Source: Dendrobates tinctorius (Eukaryota). Taken from it: a stretch of DNA of 64,000 nt. The stretch covers positions 15,314,001 through 15,378,000 of the forward strand of contig NW_027361823.1 in NCBI RefSeq assembly GCF_039654945.1. The letters are read 5' to 3'. Positions 13,937 through 26,392 of this stretch are shown here, piece after piece (the first letter of the stretch is position 1; the number at the start of each line of letters is the position of its first letter). The translations under genes were made by a program, and so were the position numbers. Below the pieces are notes generated by a model that had not been told where the DNA came from, did not search any database, and worked only from the letters and a program-made list of their open reading frames with translations.

Positions 13937-14934
13937 TTAAGGTGGTAAAGGGAATAATGCACCACTTTCCAATTGCAGCTGTAACACACCTGAGACAAAG
14001 CAAATTTTGCTGGATAAAGGGTAAAGCCTTTTCTGGATAGGATAAATGTAGTATTAAGAGGCAGCATTTCAGATGATGTAAGTGTCAGCCATAGAGTAAG
14101 TGGGTTTGCATTAAGGAAATAATGGAAGTCCCAAAAGACATCTATATGGTAAGACAACCCCATTAATAAGAATGAATTCAACACCCTCATCTGTTAGTAA
14201 GAGCTTACATTGACAAGAGTACTCTTACTCTTGTTGACACAGCACAAAAGTACATTTCATAGACAGTCTATGGATTTCATTTTGAACTCTGCAATACTTC
14301 CTTTTCCCTTTGCTGGCACTGTAGGGGAATTACACACTTGAACCTGGGTTCTTTTACAGATTATTCTTCAAGATCTTGTACATAAGTATGTCTAACATAT
14401 GGCCAGGGAACACAAAAGAGAGAAAAGTGCTCCTTGTGTGAATGAAGAACCGCATAAGACAGGCCCAAGTAAGAATTGCCCACCTTCCCTTATTGTACTG
14501 TATTGGACAGCCACAACACTGCTATAGGGCACAAAATAGAAGATCCTTCTGATCAGCTACCACATCGAGTAAGAGCTGCACCGCGGTATTAATTCAGCAC
14601 TCTCTTGGAAGAGGTGTATGATGAATGGCTTCCCCGATCAGCTGCCGCACCAACTGCAGGAGAGCAGGCACTGGCGATACAATTTAGGATGATAAAGAAA
14701 TGATGGTTATCTTCTGGCTGCTGCAATGGAGACCAGCCTATTCACAGAACAGAATGAGACTTTTAATGGCACTACTTGTTTCAGGACAGTCCGCCCCCCT
14801 TTTTTTTACAATTTTTCCTCCTGAATTGTAACTTATGGTCAGGACACCACACTAACAAATAGGTTATTTAAAGTAGAGAGCAGTATATTGTAGAAATGTA
14901 AGCCGACATCAAGTTTTTTAGAAGGAGTAGCTAA

Positions 14935-15330
14935 AGCCCCCGTTACACACTGCGATATCGCTAGCAATTTCGCTGTAAAGTCACCGATTTTGTGACGTTG
15001 CAGCGATATTGCTACCGATATCGCTGCATGTGATACTTACCTCCGACCGTCTCCCCCGCTGCTCATCGTTGGTCGCACGAGAAGCTCCTGGATCATTTCT
15101 AGTCGGGCGCTTCCTGCTGGGCTTCCTGTGGTGCCAACGAGCGACGCGTGGACGCGGGCGGGAGGACGTCAGGATCGCCGTGTCTGACAGGTAAGTAGCA
15201 ACCCCCGTCCCCTGCTATGTCACTGGTGAGATCTGCCTGTGTGGCAGCTCTCTAGCGACCACTTAGTGATGCACCAGCGATACATATCGTTGTCAGGATC
15301 GCTGGTGCATCGCTATGTGTAACGGTACCC
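14935..15330. mobile_element. PIF/Harbinger-type MITE (family copy 1)
   Basis: TAA|AGCCCCCGTTACACA...TGTGTAACGGTACCC|TAA with repeated gcgat/atcgc motifs. Confidence 0.8.
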
Positions 15331-16299
15331 TAAGTCTTGGCCTTAAAGCTTCTACTGTTTCAAATGTAAATTTTTGTTCTTCTTATATAATTGGACAATT
15401 AACATGCCAATAACAGCTGGGGAACATGAATATTAAATGCTATATAATGCATGTGGACCTGAGGGATTAAGTGGATAAAGCAGTTCTGCAGGAGAAGTGA
15501 TAACGATCAGCTTTAGAAGCCCTGCTCAATAATACATTTGTAGGCTAGAGAAACCTTCAATCCAACTCTGAATGAGGGACCACTTGTTAAAGAACACTTA
15601 AGGGAAGACTGAGCACTTAGAGGAAGACTGACTTAGATTTTTGGCTAAAGATTGACTTTAAATACTTACAGGAATGACATTTTGTGCAGAGTTTGCAGCT
15701 TCAGCTCTGCTTCTATTGAAACAAAATGGACTTTTATATTGTACACAGCTATTTATTGTAGCTTCCAGAGGACCTGAATTACTCCGATAAGAGCAGAATT
15801 ATATGTTATGTAGCAGAAATGAAGTTTCTCGACTCAGGAAGTCTTTAAACATTATTGCTATGTAGACATTTTAGAAAGCATGTACAATTTTTAGACCTGT
15901 GTAAAAATGAAAAGTGATAATTATCTGGATCATCAGTCACATGCAACCATGCCAAAAATTGAGCCTCTCTCCAGTATTTAACAAGGTGGCGCATTTTAAT
16001 CATTTAATTTGAATTGTAGCATATGTGTCAGTGTAACTGGGAATTCTCATAATGCTTCTTATATAACAGGAAGCCCAGGGAGCAACATTGAGTCTCACTA
16101 CCGTTGTTTGCAAGGGACCGGTGTCAGTGCACATTGTGTTTGAATTATACTGTCTCTTAAAGGGAGAGTGGGGGGAGCTGTATCAATGGTTGTGGCAACT
16201 ATAGAAAAACAAAATCTGGTAACTTTACCCCAATATTAAAGTAACACAAAACCAATATGGATGGAGTAAAGGGTTCAGTGCAATCAAATCAAATCATAT

Positions 16300-17677
16300 A
16301 CAAAAAGTGCACACGAGAACTATATAGCAAAACATTATAAATCTTTATTAAACAATATGGTGTCTGCCTCAGTGGTCTCCCATTCTGCTCCGACCACAGT
16401 GGAGGCTACTCAGCAGAGACATCGGTCTCAGCGTCTTGCTCAGACCCATGCGGTTTGCTTGGCTACTGCTGCCCTTCCAGCCAAAGCTATGGTAACCAGC
16501 AATAAGCATCAGATAACAGACGCTCCAGAGGCTAAGTCCAGAAATCACTCTTCTGAGCATGCACATGAGGTGGCGATTTCTCATTGGTGGTTGGTTGTCA
16601 GCTGATCAGTTGATGTGGCAGTTCCAGATTGGTCCACAAGCTAGGTTCTGTCTGACTGGACTTAAGCGGAGCATATAAAAGGATATTTGGGGCACACATC
16701 GGCGCGTTAAGATCCTTTATGCCATATGTGTGTCAATGGATACGTAACCACCCTGTGTGCACTTGTGCCATTTCACTTTGAGCACGGCGATTGAGTGTCT
16801 AGGCAGGCAGTGTAGGGTGGGAACTCCTGTTTGGCTCAGCATCTGACTCAGGGCATCCTAAGTCACATGTGCCACTAGCACAGCCAAGTGTCAGAGCGAG
16901 CACAACCACCAGCCTAGATTTCCCTGGGGGGGTAGCTATAGGGACCCTAACTAGTGTCTTTATTTGCTGTACTCCTGTGATGTATAACAGGGTATAGCTC
17001 CAAGTGCTCTCTGTTATTGTACCACTCCGTGAAGCAACCAAGCAGGTACTTTGCACTCTGTCCGCATGGAGTGACCTTTTACTCAGTGTGTCTACGGTGT
17101 TTGCAGGCAGCATCACTCTGCCATTGTTCAATAGGTGCGGTTTCTCCAACACTGCATGTTGGACACCGGGTTTTGATCACACTTTCTCATAATTTATATT
17201 TAGTGTGATCCGCAAACCCTAACACAATCAAAATTACATAAAAGACTGATGCAAAGTGGGAATCGACATGGGAGACTTACGCACCCACTGATGTTGCTAA
17301 CAAGGATAACAAGGAAACCATAACAAAGGTAAGCTAATACATAGCAATTAATAATCAGTATACCATAACCCCCAGAATGATCCCCTGAAGAAGGCAGCGT
17401 GCTGAAAAATGCACAGGGGTAGGCACCACCACCCACAGGAGGTAAGACCCTGTACCACATTTGCTATTTGCTTTATACCGAGCTCTTTGAGACTTTAGAC
17501 ACTTGTATTATGGTAAATCATTATTAAATGCTATGTATTAGATAACCTATGTTACGGTCTCCTTATTAGCTATATCAGTGTCTGTGTGATGCCATCTTGT
17601 GGTTTCCCATTTTTTATCAATCTTTTATGTAATTTTGTTCGTTTAATAAAGATTTGCAATATTTTACTATATGGTTC
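16300..17677. mobile_element. Penelope-like remnant with inverted arms, split by the solo LTR
   Basis: 16316-16355 plus 17225-17270 are inverted relative to 17595-17677. A decayed hammerhead-like CCCCTGAAGA...GAAA...AGGGG lies at 17382-17419. Confidence 0.45.
16357..17224 (+). mobile_element. Solo LTR, 5'-truncated (strand relative to its sister copy)
   Basis: Ends ...GATCCGCAAACCCTAACA and is reverse-complement homologous to 46573-46620 and 56220-56345. Confidence 0.7.
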
Positions 17678-18805
17678 TTAAAGGGGTTGTCTGATCTAAA
17701 ATGAAAAGTCTGCAGTTTCTCTATGTCACTGCAGACTTGTGAATCTTGCCAGCGAACGCACTATGGTCTGCGAGGATTCACCGTTATCTGTCCCAGGAAC
17801 AGCGGACAAATATGCGATATGCATACTCCCAAACAGATCCCATCTACAGAAGTGAGTGCGGCCTCACCTTATATGCTTGTATTAAGTGAGGATGCACCCC
17901 CATCTAGGGTATTGAGTGAGGCCGCAACCACTAGACTGGTTCTTCCCGGGAGTGTGCATATTGTATATTTGACCAGACAACCGGGAATCCTTGCAGCGCA
18001 CAGTGGATGGCAAAATGATGGTACATGGAATACACATAAAAATCGTCCAAGTTTTCTGGATAAAAATTAAGCGATTTTTCACACGTTCATCTTTAGACAT
18101 GCTTTTAGAAAAATACTTGTAGATATCGAATTGATTTGAGTCCCAGCATAAACTATAGTAGAATACTATTATAAAGTTGTTCTACATGGTGTGATAAGTA
18201 AAAGTAATTTTGAAAATTGTAATTTGGTGATGTTTATATATTACATTTTACTTTTCCTCCTGGGATAAAGCTATACAAGTCTTACAGCTTTTGCACAGCT
18301 GTGAGATGTGACAAGCTAATCCAAACAGAATGAAATTCTAACTATGGCTGACACCTCCTACTGATGAGGGTCAACAAGCATCCTTAGCAATATAATACAG
18401 CATATGGCTTTATTCTCAGAGATGTCCTTAACCCACTTACAATCTGAATCACATGCAGTACTATGGTCTGTGGACTAATTTGTAGAAACAAATAATGGCT
18501 TGTTAAACCCTATTGTTATAATTTTTTTATTTTAAAAGATTGGTGGAAGTCAATATTCACACTTCAATTGTTGATTTATTTTTCGCAAGAGATTGAAAAC
18601 TTTTTTTAAGACCTTGCATCAAGGTTTAGTTTCCTGGAAAGTAAAATGTGTCAGTGGCTGTTGAATTTTACATGCTGAGTATGACAATAGAGCAAAGAGA
18701 CTTATTTTTCAATATTTCCAGAACTAGGGCATTAGATGTGCCAAGGGACATGTGATGGATATAAGTAACTCAGGAGCCCAACTTGTTTTTTTGGATGCTA
18801 AAGTA

Positions 18806-19212
18806 CAGTGTGTCCTTAAAATCATGGTGCACTTTTGACCAGTCACTGGAAAGCAACAAAAGACAATAGAAATGTGAAATCTGCTCCATATAAAAGAAAA
18901 ACTCTCCCAGTTATAAACCTATTCAGTGCAGTTTGATGTGGGCTCAATTTGTTACCCTACACACATCCAAACGATAGTGACGTTCTTGCCACACACGGGT
19001 AAGGACGTCTGGTGTAAGAGGGTGAATAATGTCTGTGGTTCTCTGTTTACACGGTGTTATGTTATCATCTGCGCATGTGCCCATGCTGCCACATCATCCT
19101 ACAGAATCTGGGAGGGTTTTCCTTTTATTTGGAGCAGATTTTACATTTCTATCATCTTTAATTGCCTTCCTGTGACTGGTCAAAAGTGCACCATGACTTT
19201 ATGGACACACTG
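18806..19212. mobile_element. Tc1/mariner-type MITE
   Basis: TA|CAGTGTGTCCTTAAAATCATGGTGCACTTTTGACCAGTCAC...GTGACTGGTCAAAAGTGCACCATGACTTTATGGACACACTG|TA. Confidence 0.85.
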
Positions 19213-19432
19213 TATTTTATTTTCATTTAAACAGTTGTTCTGCTTTCTTTATAGAATACCATAATACAAAACTTTCTAACGTATGTTATTTTCCTTGACA
19301 ACAATTCAGAAAGAATTGTCAGCAATGTTTCTCAAAATCTGGTTCCCTTCTTAATGAGTGTTGAGTATGATCTAGATGATGTCACAGGTAAAGTAACTGA
19401 CACATTTCAGATCAATTATGATCCTAAATCTT

Positions 19433-19666
19433 GTAGTGCTGGGGTCCTGGGTTCAAATCCCACCAAGGACAACATCTGCATGGAGTTTGTATGTTCTCCC
19501 TGTGTTTGCGTGGGTTTCCTCTGGGTACTCCGATTTCCTCCCACACTCCAAATACATACTGATAGGGATTGTAGATTGTGAGCCCCATTTGGGACAGTGC
19601 CAATAATGTCTGTAAAGTGCTGTGAAATTAATGGCGCTATATAAAGGAGAAAAATAAATAAATAAA
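19433..19666 (+). mobile_element. tRNA-derived V-SINE, 5'-truncated
   Basis: Contains the B-box GGTTCAAATCC and the V-domain TGGAGTTTGTATGTTCTCCC...GTGGGTTTCC. The tail is TGTAAAGTGCTG...GGCGCTATATAAA followed by (AAAT)n. Confidence 0.85.
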
Positions 19667-20610
19667 AATCAAAACACATGCTTTTTCCTGTTGCATCACT
19701 TTGCCTTTGCGATCTGTGCACCTTCTAGTGAGTGGCCTGGACTTTTTATACTATTCTTATTGAGTATTTTTATCAGCAAATTAGATTTCAAAAAGATACA
19801 AAAAGAACTATCTTTTTAAAGCCACTTTTTAAGTAAGTGTCCAACTATTTAATGAGCCTTGCAACATTATTTATCATACTAGCCAAGGTTAAGTCTAGCT
19901 TAATTTATATGGCAAAATTAAAATGTACCTGTTCACATGGATTTTCTGGTAAATTCGATTGGCAGAGTTCTTATTCTTGGCAAATTTAAGATCCTTTTTT
20001 ATGCTCTGGTGTGTGTCCAAATACTAATCATAAACACCATATAATCCTCATATGCACATTTCCCTTCACTTTTCAGCATCATCTATCTGGTCTTAAATGC
20101 ATCTTCAGATCCTGACCAGCCATGAGCTATGAAATTCCAGAGCCTCTTACATTAATGCAAGAATTTCAGCTCTGATGAGGCTCGGGAGAGTTCTGTGCAA
20201 GCGTGCAAAAGATGACAACATTCCAATTAGACATGCAAAATGACCTTGTGCACACATGTAAAGAACTAGCCCAGGCTAAATCAGAGCCAGTAGGATTTTA
20301 GCAATCATGGCGTGGATCATAATATGCGATGAAGACCAGATGGGTGATGGTGAGGAGTGGTGGGGTTGGAGAGTTGAGCGGTCAGGTGAATATAACCATT
20401 TTTTAATTTTTTTTAACTTTTTGATGGATTTTTATGATTCTTAAAAATGGCGGTCAGCTGAATGCATGTGAAAGCGAATTACAAAAGTGTTCTCATTTTG
20501 ACAAATGCGGATTTTTGCAAACTTCTAGTAAAATTTAATTCCACTCAGTTTGCTCATCTCTAATGGCTAGTCATTTAGAAAGGCTCATTAAAGGTTCAGA
20601 TTTGGACTAA

Positions 20611-21206
20611 AGCCCCCGTCACACACAGCGATCTCGCTAGCGAGATCGCTGCTGAGTCACACGCTTTGTGATGCAACAGCGATCTCACTAGCGAGATCAC
20701 TGTGTGTGACACCTACCTGCGACCGGCCCCACTGCCGGGTATCGCTGATCGTTGTGGAAAGGGGTGGACATTTTTTTGGTTGCTGGTCTCCCGCTGGCCA
20801 GCACGCATCGCTGCGTGTGGCATGCGGGAGACCAGCGATCAGCGAGCAGGAGCTTGTAACCAAGGTAAACAGCGGGTTTCTAAGCGCTGCGTGGCGCTTA
20901 GAAACCCTCTGTGTACCTTAGTTGCCAGCATGCTGATGCAGGGAGCTGGTAGCCAAAGTAAACAGCAGGTTTCTAAGCGCCGCACGGCGCTTAGAAATCC
21001 GCTATTTACCTTGGTTACCAGCTCCCTCCATCAGCGCGCTGGTGACTAAGGTAAACAGCGACGCGAGCACTCATCGCTGGTGCTGATCTCTGGTGAAGCT
21101 GCCTGTTTGGCAGCTCACCAGCGATCATGTAGCGACACACCAGCGATCCTGACAAGTTGATATCGCTGTCGGGATCGTTGGTGAGTCGCTATGAGTGACT
21201 GGGCCC
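20611..21206. mobile_element. PIF/Harbinger-type MITE (family copy 2)
   Basis: TAA|AGCCCCCGTCACAC...GAGTGACTGGGCCC|TAA; homologous to 14935-15330. Confidence 0.8.
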
Positions 21207-21963
21207 TAAGTCTAGCTACTTTCATAGGTGGCACAACCAAGATTGTTTTCTTTCTTTCAGTGGGAGAACAAATTTGTTTGTAGTTAGCTTTCTTTAATTT
21301 ATGGACATATTGTAGATTTTTGGATGATTTTCAAATGTTAGTGGGCCAAGATAAAATGCAGATACAAATATGCTGCAATTACTTGACCTACTGTTATTTG
21401 GTCTTGATAATGGAATTTACATAAAATAGCTTTTCTACTTAACCTTTTGCTACTCATCTTGTGTAAAATTACATCTTGTGTAAAATTACATCTTGTGTTG
21501 TGGAAAAAGTACTAAATTGTCAAAATCTCTATGTGCGCTATGAAGTATTTTTATCCCATGCCAGCTAAGTCCAATCTGGGCAGGATTCTTTTCTATTTGT
21601 ATACATCATAAAAATAAATTATTCTGCATACACTTTGCAGAATGGGGTTTTCTCATTCTCACAAGCTAACCTATTTTGAGCTGATGATGTATTCCAAGGA
21701 AAAACATCACTGGAATTTTCTGTACCCATGCTGCACCGCTGCATTTTCTTTACATTGTCTATTAACTTTTTAAGTACCAGTGTGCTTCCTTTTGAATTAT
21801 AATTTATGCACTCACTTTAAATAATAATTGATAGAATTTTTTATCAATTTTATATTTTTTTGTAAGCAAATGGAGCTCTTATGCACACCAAAACTTATAA
21901 ATTAGACTTATGGCTTGCATAAAAATACAAGGAAAATACAATTTTTCTCAAGACAGAGATATA

Positions 21964-23543
21964 AAGTGGGGAAAAAATTATTTAGTCAGCCATCAATTGT
22001 GCAAGTTCTCCCACTTAAAAACATGAGAGAAACCTGTAATTGACATCATAGGTACACCACAACTATGAGAGTCAAAATGAGAAAACAAATCCAGAAAATC
22101 ACCTTGTCTGATTTGGCAAGATTTTGTTTGCAAGTTATTGTGTAAAATAAGTATTTGGTCATAAACAAAAGTTCTTCTCAATATTTTGTTAAATATCTTT
22201 TGTTGGCAATGACAGAGGTCAAACATTTTCTGTAAGACTTCACAAGGTTGGCACACACTGTTGGTGGTATGTTGGCCCATTCCTCCATACAGATCTCCTC
22301 TAGAGCATTCATGTTTTAGGCCTGTCGCTGGGCAACACAGACTTTCAAATCCCTCCAAAGGTTTTCTATGGGATTGAGATATGGAGACTGGCTAAGCCAC
22401 TCCAGGACCTTCATATGTTTATTATGAAGATACTCCTTCATTGCCCTGGCAGTGAGCTTGGGATCATTATCATGCTGAAAGTCCCATCCACGTTTCATCT
22501 TCAATGCCGTTGCTGGTGGAAGGTTTGCAGTCAAAATCTCACGATACATGACCCCATTCATTCTTTCATGCACATGAGTCAGTCGTCCTGTCCCTTTGCA
22601 GAGAAACAGCCCCAAAGCTTGATATTGCCACCCCCTGCTTCACAGTAGGTATGGTGTTCTTTGGATGCAACTCAGCATTCTGTCTCCTCCAAACACATCA
22701 AGTTTTGTTTCTACCAAACAGTTGCACTTTGGTTTCATCAGACCATATGACATTTTCCCAATACTCTTCTGGATAATCCAAATGCTCTCTAGCAAACTAC
22801 AGATGAGCATGGACATGTACTGGCTTAAGCAAGGGGCACGTCCGGCACTGCAGGATCTGAGTCCCTGGTGGTGTAGTGTGTTACTGATAGTAGCCTTTGT
22901 TACGGTGGTCCCAGTTCTTTGCAGGTCCTTCACTAGGTCCCACCATGTGGTTCTGAGATTTTTGCTCATTTTGACCCCACAGGGTGAGATCTTGCATGGA
23001 GCCCCAGATCAAGGGAGAGTATCAGTGGTCTTGTATGTCTTCCATTTTCTTATTGTTGCTCCCACAGTTGATTTCATCACACCAAGCTGCTTGCCTATTG
23101 CAGATTCAGTCTTCCCAGAGTGGTGCAGGGCTTCAAATTTGTTTCTGGTGTCCTTCGACAGCTCTTTGGTCTTCACCATAGTGGTGTTTGGAGTGTGACT
23201 GTTTGAGGTTGTGGACAGGTGTTTTTTATTCTGAAAACAAGTTCAAACAGGTGCAATTACTACAGGTAATGAGTGGAGGACAGAGGAGCCTCTTAAAGAA
23301 GAAGCAACAGGTCTGCAAGTGCCAGAAATCTTTCATATTTTTAGATGACCAAATACTTATTTTCCACCATAATTTCAAAAATAAATCTTGCCAAATCAGA
23401 CAAGGTGATTTTCTGGATTTGTTTTCTCATTTTGGCTCTCATAGTTGTGGTCTACCTTTGATGTAAATTACAGGCCTCTCTCATCTTTTTAAGTGGGAGA
23501 ACTTGCACAATTGGTGGCTGACTAAATATTTTTTTCCCCACTG
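21964..23543 (-). mobile_element. Tc1 transposon, full length, decayed
   Basis: About 200-bp TIRs (21964-~22165 and ~23345-23543) flanked by TA, enclosing the transposase remains. Confidence 0.95.
22178..23179 (-). pseudogene. Tc1 DDE transposase pseudogene
   Basis: Starts MVKTKELSKDTRNK. Contains FQHDNDPK and [15 protein letters not shown] motifs with several frameshifts, and ends ...TKY TGA at 22178. Confidence 0.92.
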
Positions 23544-24037
23544 TAAATATCTCTGCAACACAGTCCTCTGACAACCAGATTCAGGTTATAGCACACCACA
23601 CTAATGAAACACAGAAATTTAGACAGGACATATATAAGGCGAAGCAGGTTTGAATCTAATTCTTTAATTTTTTACTGCTATAACACTCTGAACTTTTAGT
23701 GGCTTTTATCTCTTTACTTTTTTTCCTGTTTTTCTTTCTATTTTTTACATATTTAATTACTTATGGTTATAAATGAATGAAAAAATAGATTTGAATGATA
23801 CTATTACTGTCATGATACAGGCCAGATTTTGTTTTGTCTCTCCTTACCCGGTCTGGTCGTGTCAGGGGTTAAGTTTCCCTGCCTCATTCCAGTGTGAGGC
23901 CTAGTATATATCTGTGCTGCAAACTGTGTGCAGTGGCAGTTATCTTTCCTGCCTATGGCGCGTGTAGCTGGCTCTGGAGAAACCCTGATTTGTCCTGCTG
24001 TGTTTAGCTGACTTTACCTGTGTCTGTGCACTCCTCT

Positions 24038-24256
24038 CCTCCTGTTTCTGTGGATGGTCAAACTGAATATGAAGTTGAACGCATTGTTGACTCTTGGATG
24101 GTTCGCAGCTCATTTCTGAACTTGGTACATTGGAGGGATTATGGTCCGGAAGATCGATCTTGGGTCCTGGCACAATCAGTCCATGCTGATCGCTTGATTC
24201 TCACTTTTCATACATGGTTTCCTGGAAAACCTTGGGGTCTGGTGGCCCCCTTTTAA
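24038..24256 (+). pseudogene. Integrase C-terminal chromodomain remnant
   Basis: PPVSVDGQTEYEVERIVDS...LVHWRDYGPEDRSWV...FH..FPGKP is a typical chromovirus chromodomain, ending just before the PPT. Confidence 0.88.
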
Positions 24257-24266
24257 AGGAGGGTAC

Positions 24267-24949
24267 TGTTGTTTTCCTGCCTCCTGAGGTCTTAGTTTCC
24301 AGTTCAGTCCCTCCATGCTTAAGCTAAGTGTTCTTTTGCTATTGTTCACATTTGATTTGGTTTTGTTTATTCAGTTTTGTGTGGTCAGCCAGCCCCGACT
24401 GGGGCTGTGCTGAATTTCCATCCTTATGTTACTGCTTGTGCCAGTTTGTTTTTGTCCCTTATTAGATTGGCCTCTTTTTGCTCTGTTTTCAGAATATGCC
24501 AGAGTGCTGATATAGTGGGTGAAGTCTAGTGACTTCAGTATTTTTCTATCAGACGTGTTGAACATTTTTTTGCAGGGTTTTTTGAGTGATTGCAGACACA
24601 GTCTTTCCTTTCCTGCCCTGTCTAGTCAGTGTGGGCCCCATCGTTTGCTCAGCTTATTTTCCTACCTGCGTTTGTGTTTTCATCTTGTCTCACCGACAAT
24701 ATATGTTTGGGGGCTATCTATTCCTTTGGGGTCTGCTCTAGGGCAGTTTAGATTTCCCCTTTCTTGCTTTAGGCTTATTTAGTTCTCCGGCTGTGTCGAG
24801 GCATCTAGAATCATCGTAGGTACGCTCCACGGCTACTGCTAGTTGTGTGGATAGGATCAGGTGTCTGCAATCCGCTTAGTTACCAACCTCTCTTGTTTTC
24901 TGTGGCTTAGCTTGGTCTTGCTTTCCTCCTCGGTGACCCAATCATAACA
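24267..24949. mobile_element. Unrelated solo LTR between the PPT and the 3' LTR
   Basis: TGTTG...ATAACA termini flanked on both sides by GGGTAC. Confidence 0.65.
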
Positions 24950-25634
24950 GGGTACTGTCATGATCCAGGAATGGTCTCGTTTTGTCTCTCCTTTACTGGT
25001 CTGGTCATGTCAGGGGTTAATTTTCCTTACCTCATTCCGGTGTCAGGCTTACTATATATCTGTGCTGCAACCTGTGAGCAGTGCCAGTTATATTTCCTGC
25101 CTACAGTGCATCTAGCTGGCTCTGGTGAATCCGATTTGTCCTGCTGCATTTAGCTGACTTTGCCTGTGTCTGTGCACTACTCTCCTACCCGTCCCGACTC
25201 TGTGTGTCCCTGTGTATTTGGATTACCCGGTACTCGACTCTGCTTTGGCTCTTATCTGATTCTGTCTCTTCCTTCTGGTACTTCTGCTACGGACTGGTAC
25301 TGACCTTTTTGGGACTCCTCTGACTCTGTTTTTGGGATTCCCTTTGGTAATAGTGGAGCTTGCATTACACTGCATTTACCTGCAGTGCTGCAGCGTGACA
25401 ATTAAATTTTTGTACATGTGATCTCCCCCGTTTTTCCTTTTTCCCCAACCCTTTTTAGTTTTGGCTCTCTTATTTGAAAATGTATTAAACCACATGAATG
25501 TTATGTTGCCAACATGTGGTTGTCCTGAGGAAGGAATCGGATTTGACTCTGAAATGCTTTGACAAATAAACCACCTTCAACAAATTTGATCTATGATCTG
25601 TTCTTGAATCAGCAGCACACTTGAAGTCCACTAA

Positions 25635-26029
25635 AGGCCTCTTCACACATAGCGAGATCACTAGCGATATCGCTAAAGCATCACCGGTTTTGTGATGCAA
25701 CAGCGATATCGGTAGCGATCTCGCTACATGTGACACTTACCTCCGACCCGGCTCCCCGCTGGATATCGCTGATCTTGCGAGAACGGGATGGTCCATTTCT
25801 CATCGTCGGCTTCCTGCTTGCGCCGACGAGCGACTCCATGGATGCGGGCGGAAAACATCACCCTCACTGTGTGTGACAGTTAAGTATCGACCGCTGACCG
25901 CTGCTGCATCGCTAGGGAAATCTGCCTGTTTGGCAGCTCACTAGCGACCATTTAGCGATGCACCAGCGATCCTGACCTGGTCGTATCGCTGTCAGGATTG
26001 CTGGTGCATCGATAAATGTAACGGGACCT
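25635..26029. mobile_element. PIF/Harbinger-type MITE (family copy 3)
   Basis: TAA|AGGCCTCTTCACACA...TGTAACGGGACCT|TTA; homologous to the two copies above. Confidence 0.75.
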
Positions 26030-26245
26030 TTACTCTGCCTTTCTATTATATACAAATCTTTGGACGCTGCAGCAGCTGACAACTAGGCTATGATAGTGGT
26101 TGTGTCACACGCAACCCTTACAGGTGAGCAGCTTTCAACTAAATCTCTAACTTTAATTTCCAGATGAAATCCTATTGCACTTTGTATCTTTTTACAGTTC
26201 AAATTATTCTTTTAGATAGTGATATCAGTTATTTGATCTCTGCTG

Positions 26246-26392
26246 TCAATATACCACAAACTTGACTTTAAAAAAAACCAGCCTAGATAAATTTCTCACA
26301 ATTACACTTTCCCCTTTTGATACCTTCCTTTGGTTCAACAAACACGATAAAATGAAATCTGTTTCCAGTCGTCTTCCATAAGCATTCAACAC
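26246..26392 (-). CDS. Candidate alternative pcdh15 exon (26a-like, possible secreted-isoform terminal exon)
   Basis: Acceptor-like ttatatttgcagttcAG| is followed by a phase-0 frame VLNAYGRRLETDFILSCLLNQRKV...FVVY* (TGA ends 26246). It lies in unique non-repeat DNA downstream of the phase-0 donor at 59535. The match to mammalian exon 26a is from memory and unverified. Confidence 0.4.
   Translation of the reverse strand: MLNAYGRRLETDFILSCLLNQRKVSKGESVIVRNLSRLVFFKVKFVVY

Larger units (their letters stand above)
23808..25400 (+). mobile_element. Internally deleted chromovirus-type Gypsy LTR retrotransposon
   Basis: The partial 5' LTR (23808-24040) is homologous to the 3' LTR (24956-25400, TGTCA...TGACA). 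The near-TSD is ATTAC/ATTAA. A chromodomain remnant and the PPT AAAGGAGGGTAC lie between the LTRs. Confidence 0.85.

Noticed and set aside
19445-19465. tRNA gene
   Set aside because: Only a B-box/T-arm is present, followed by the V-SINE body; there is no cloverleaf.
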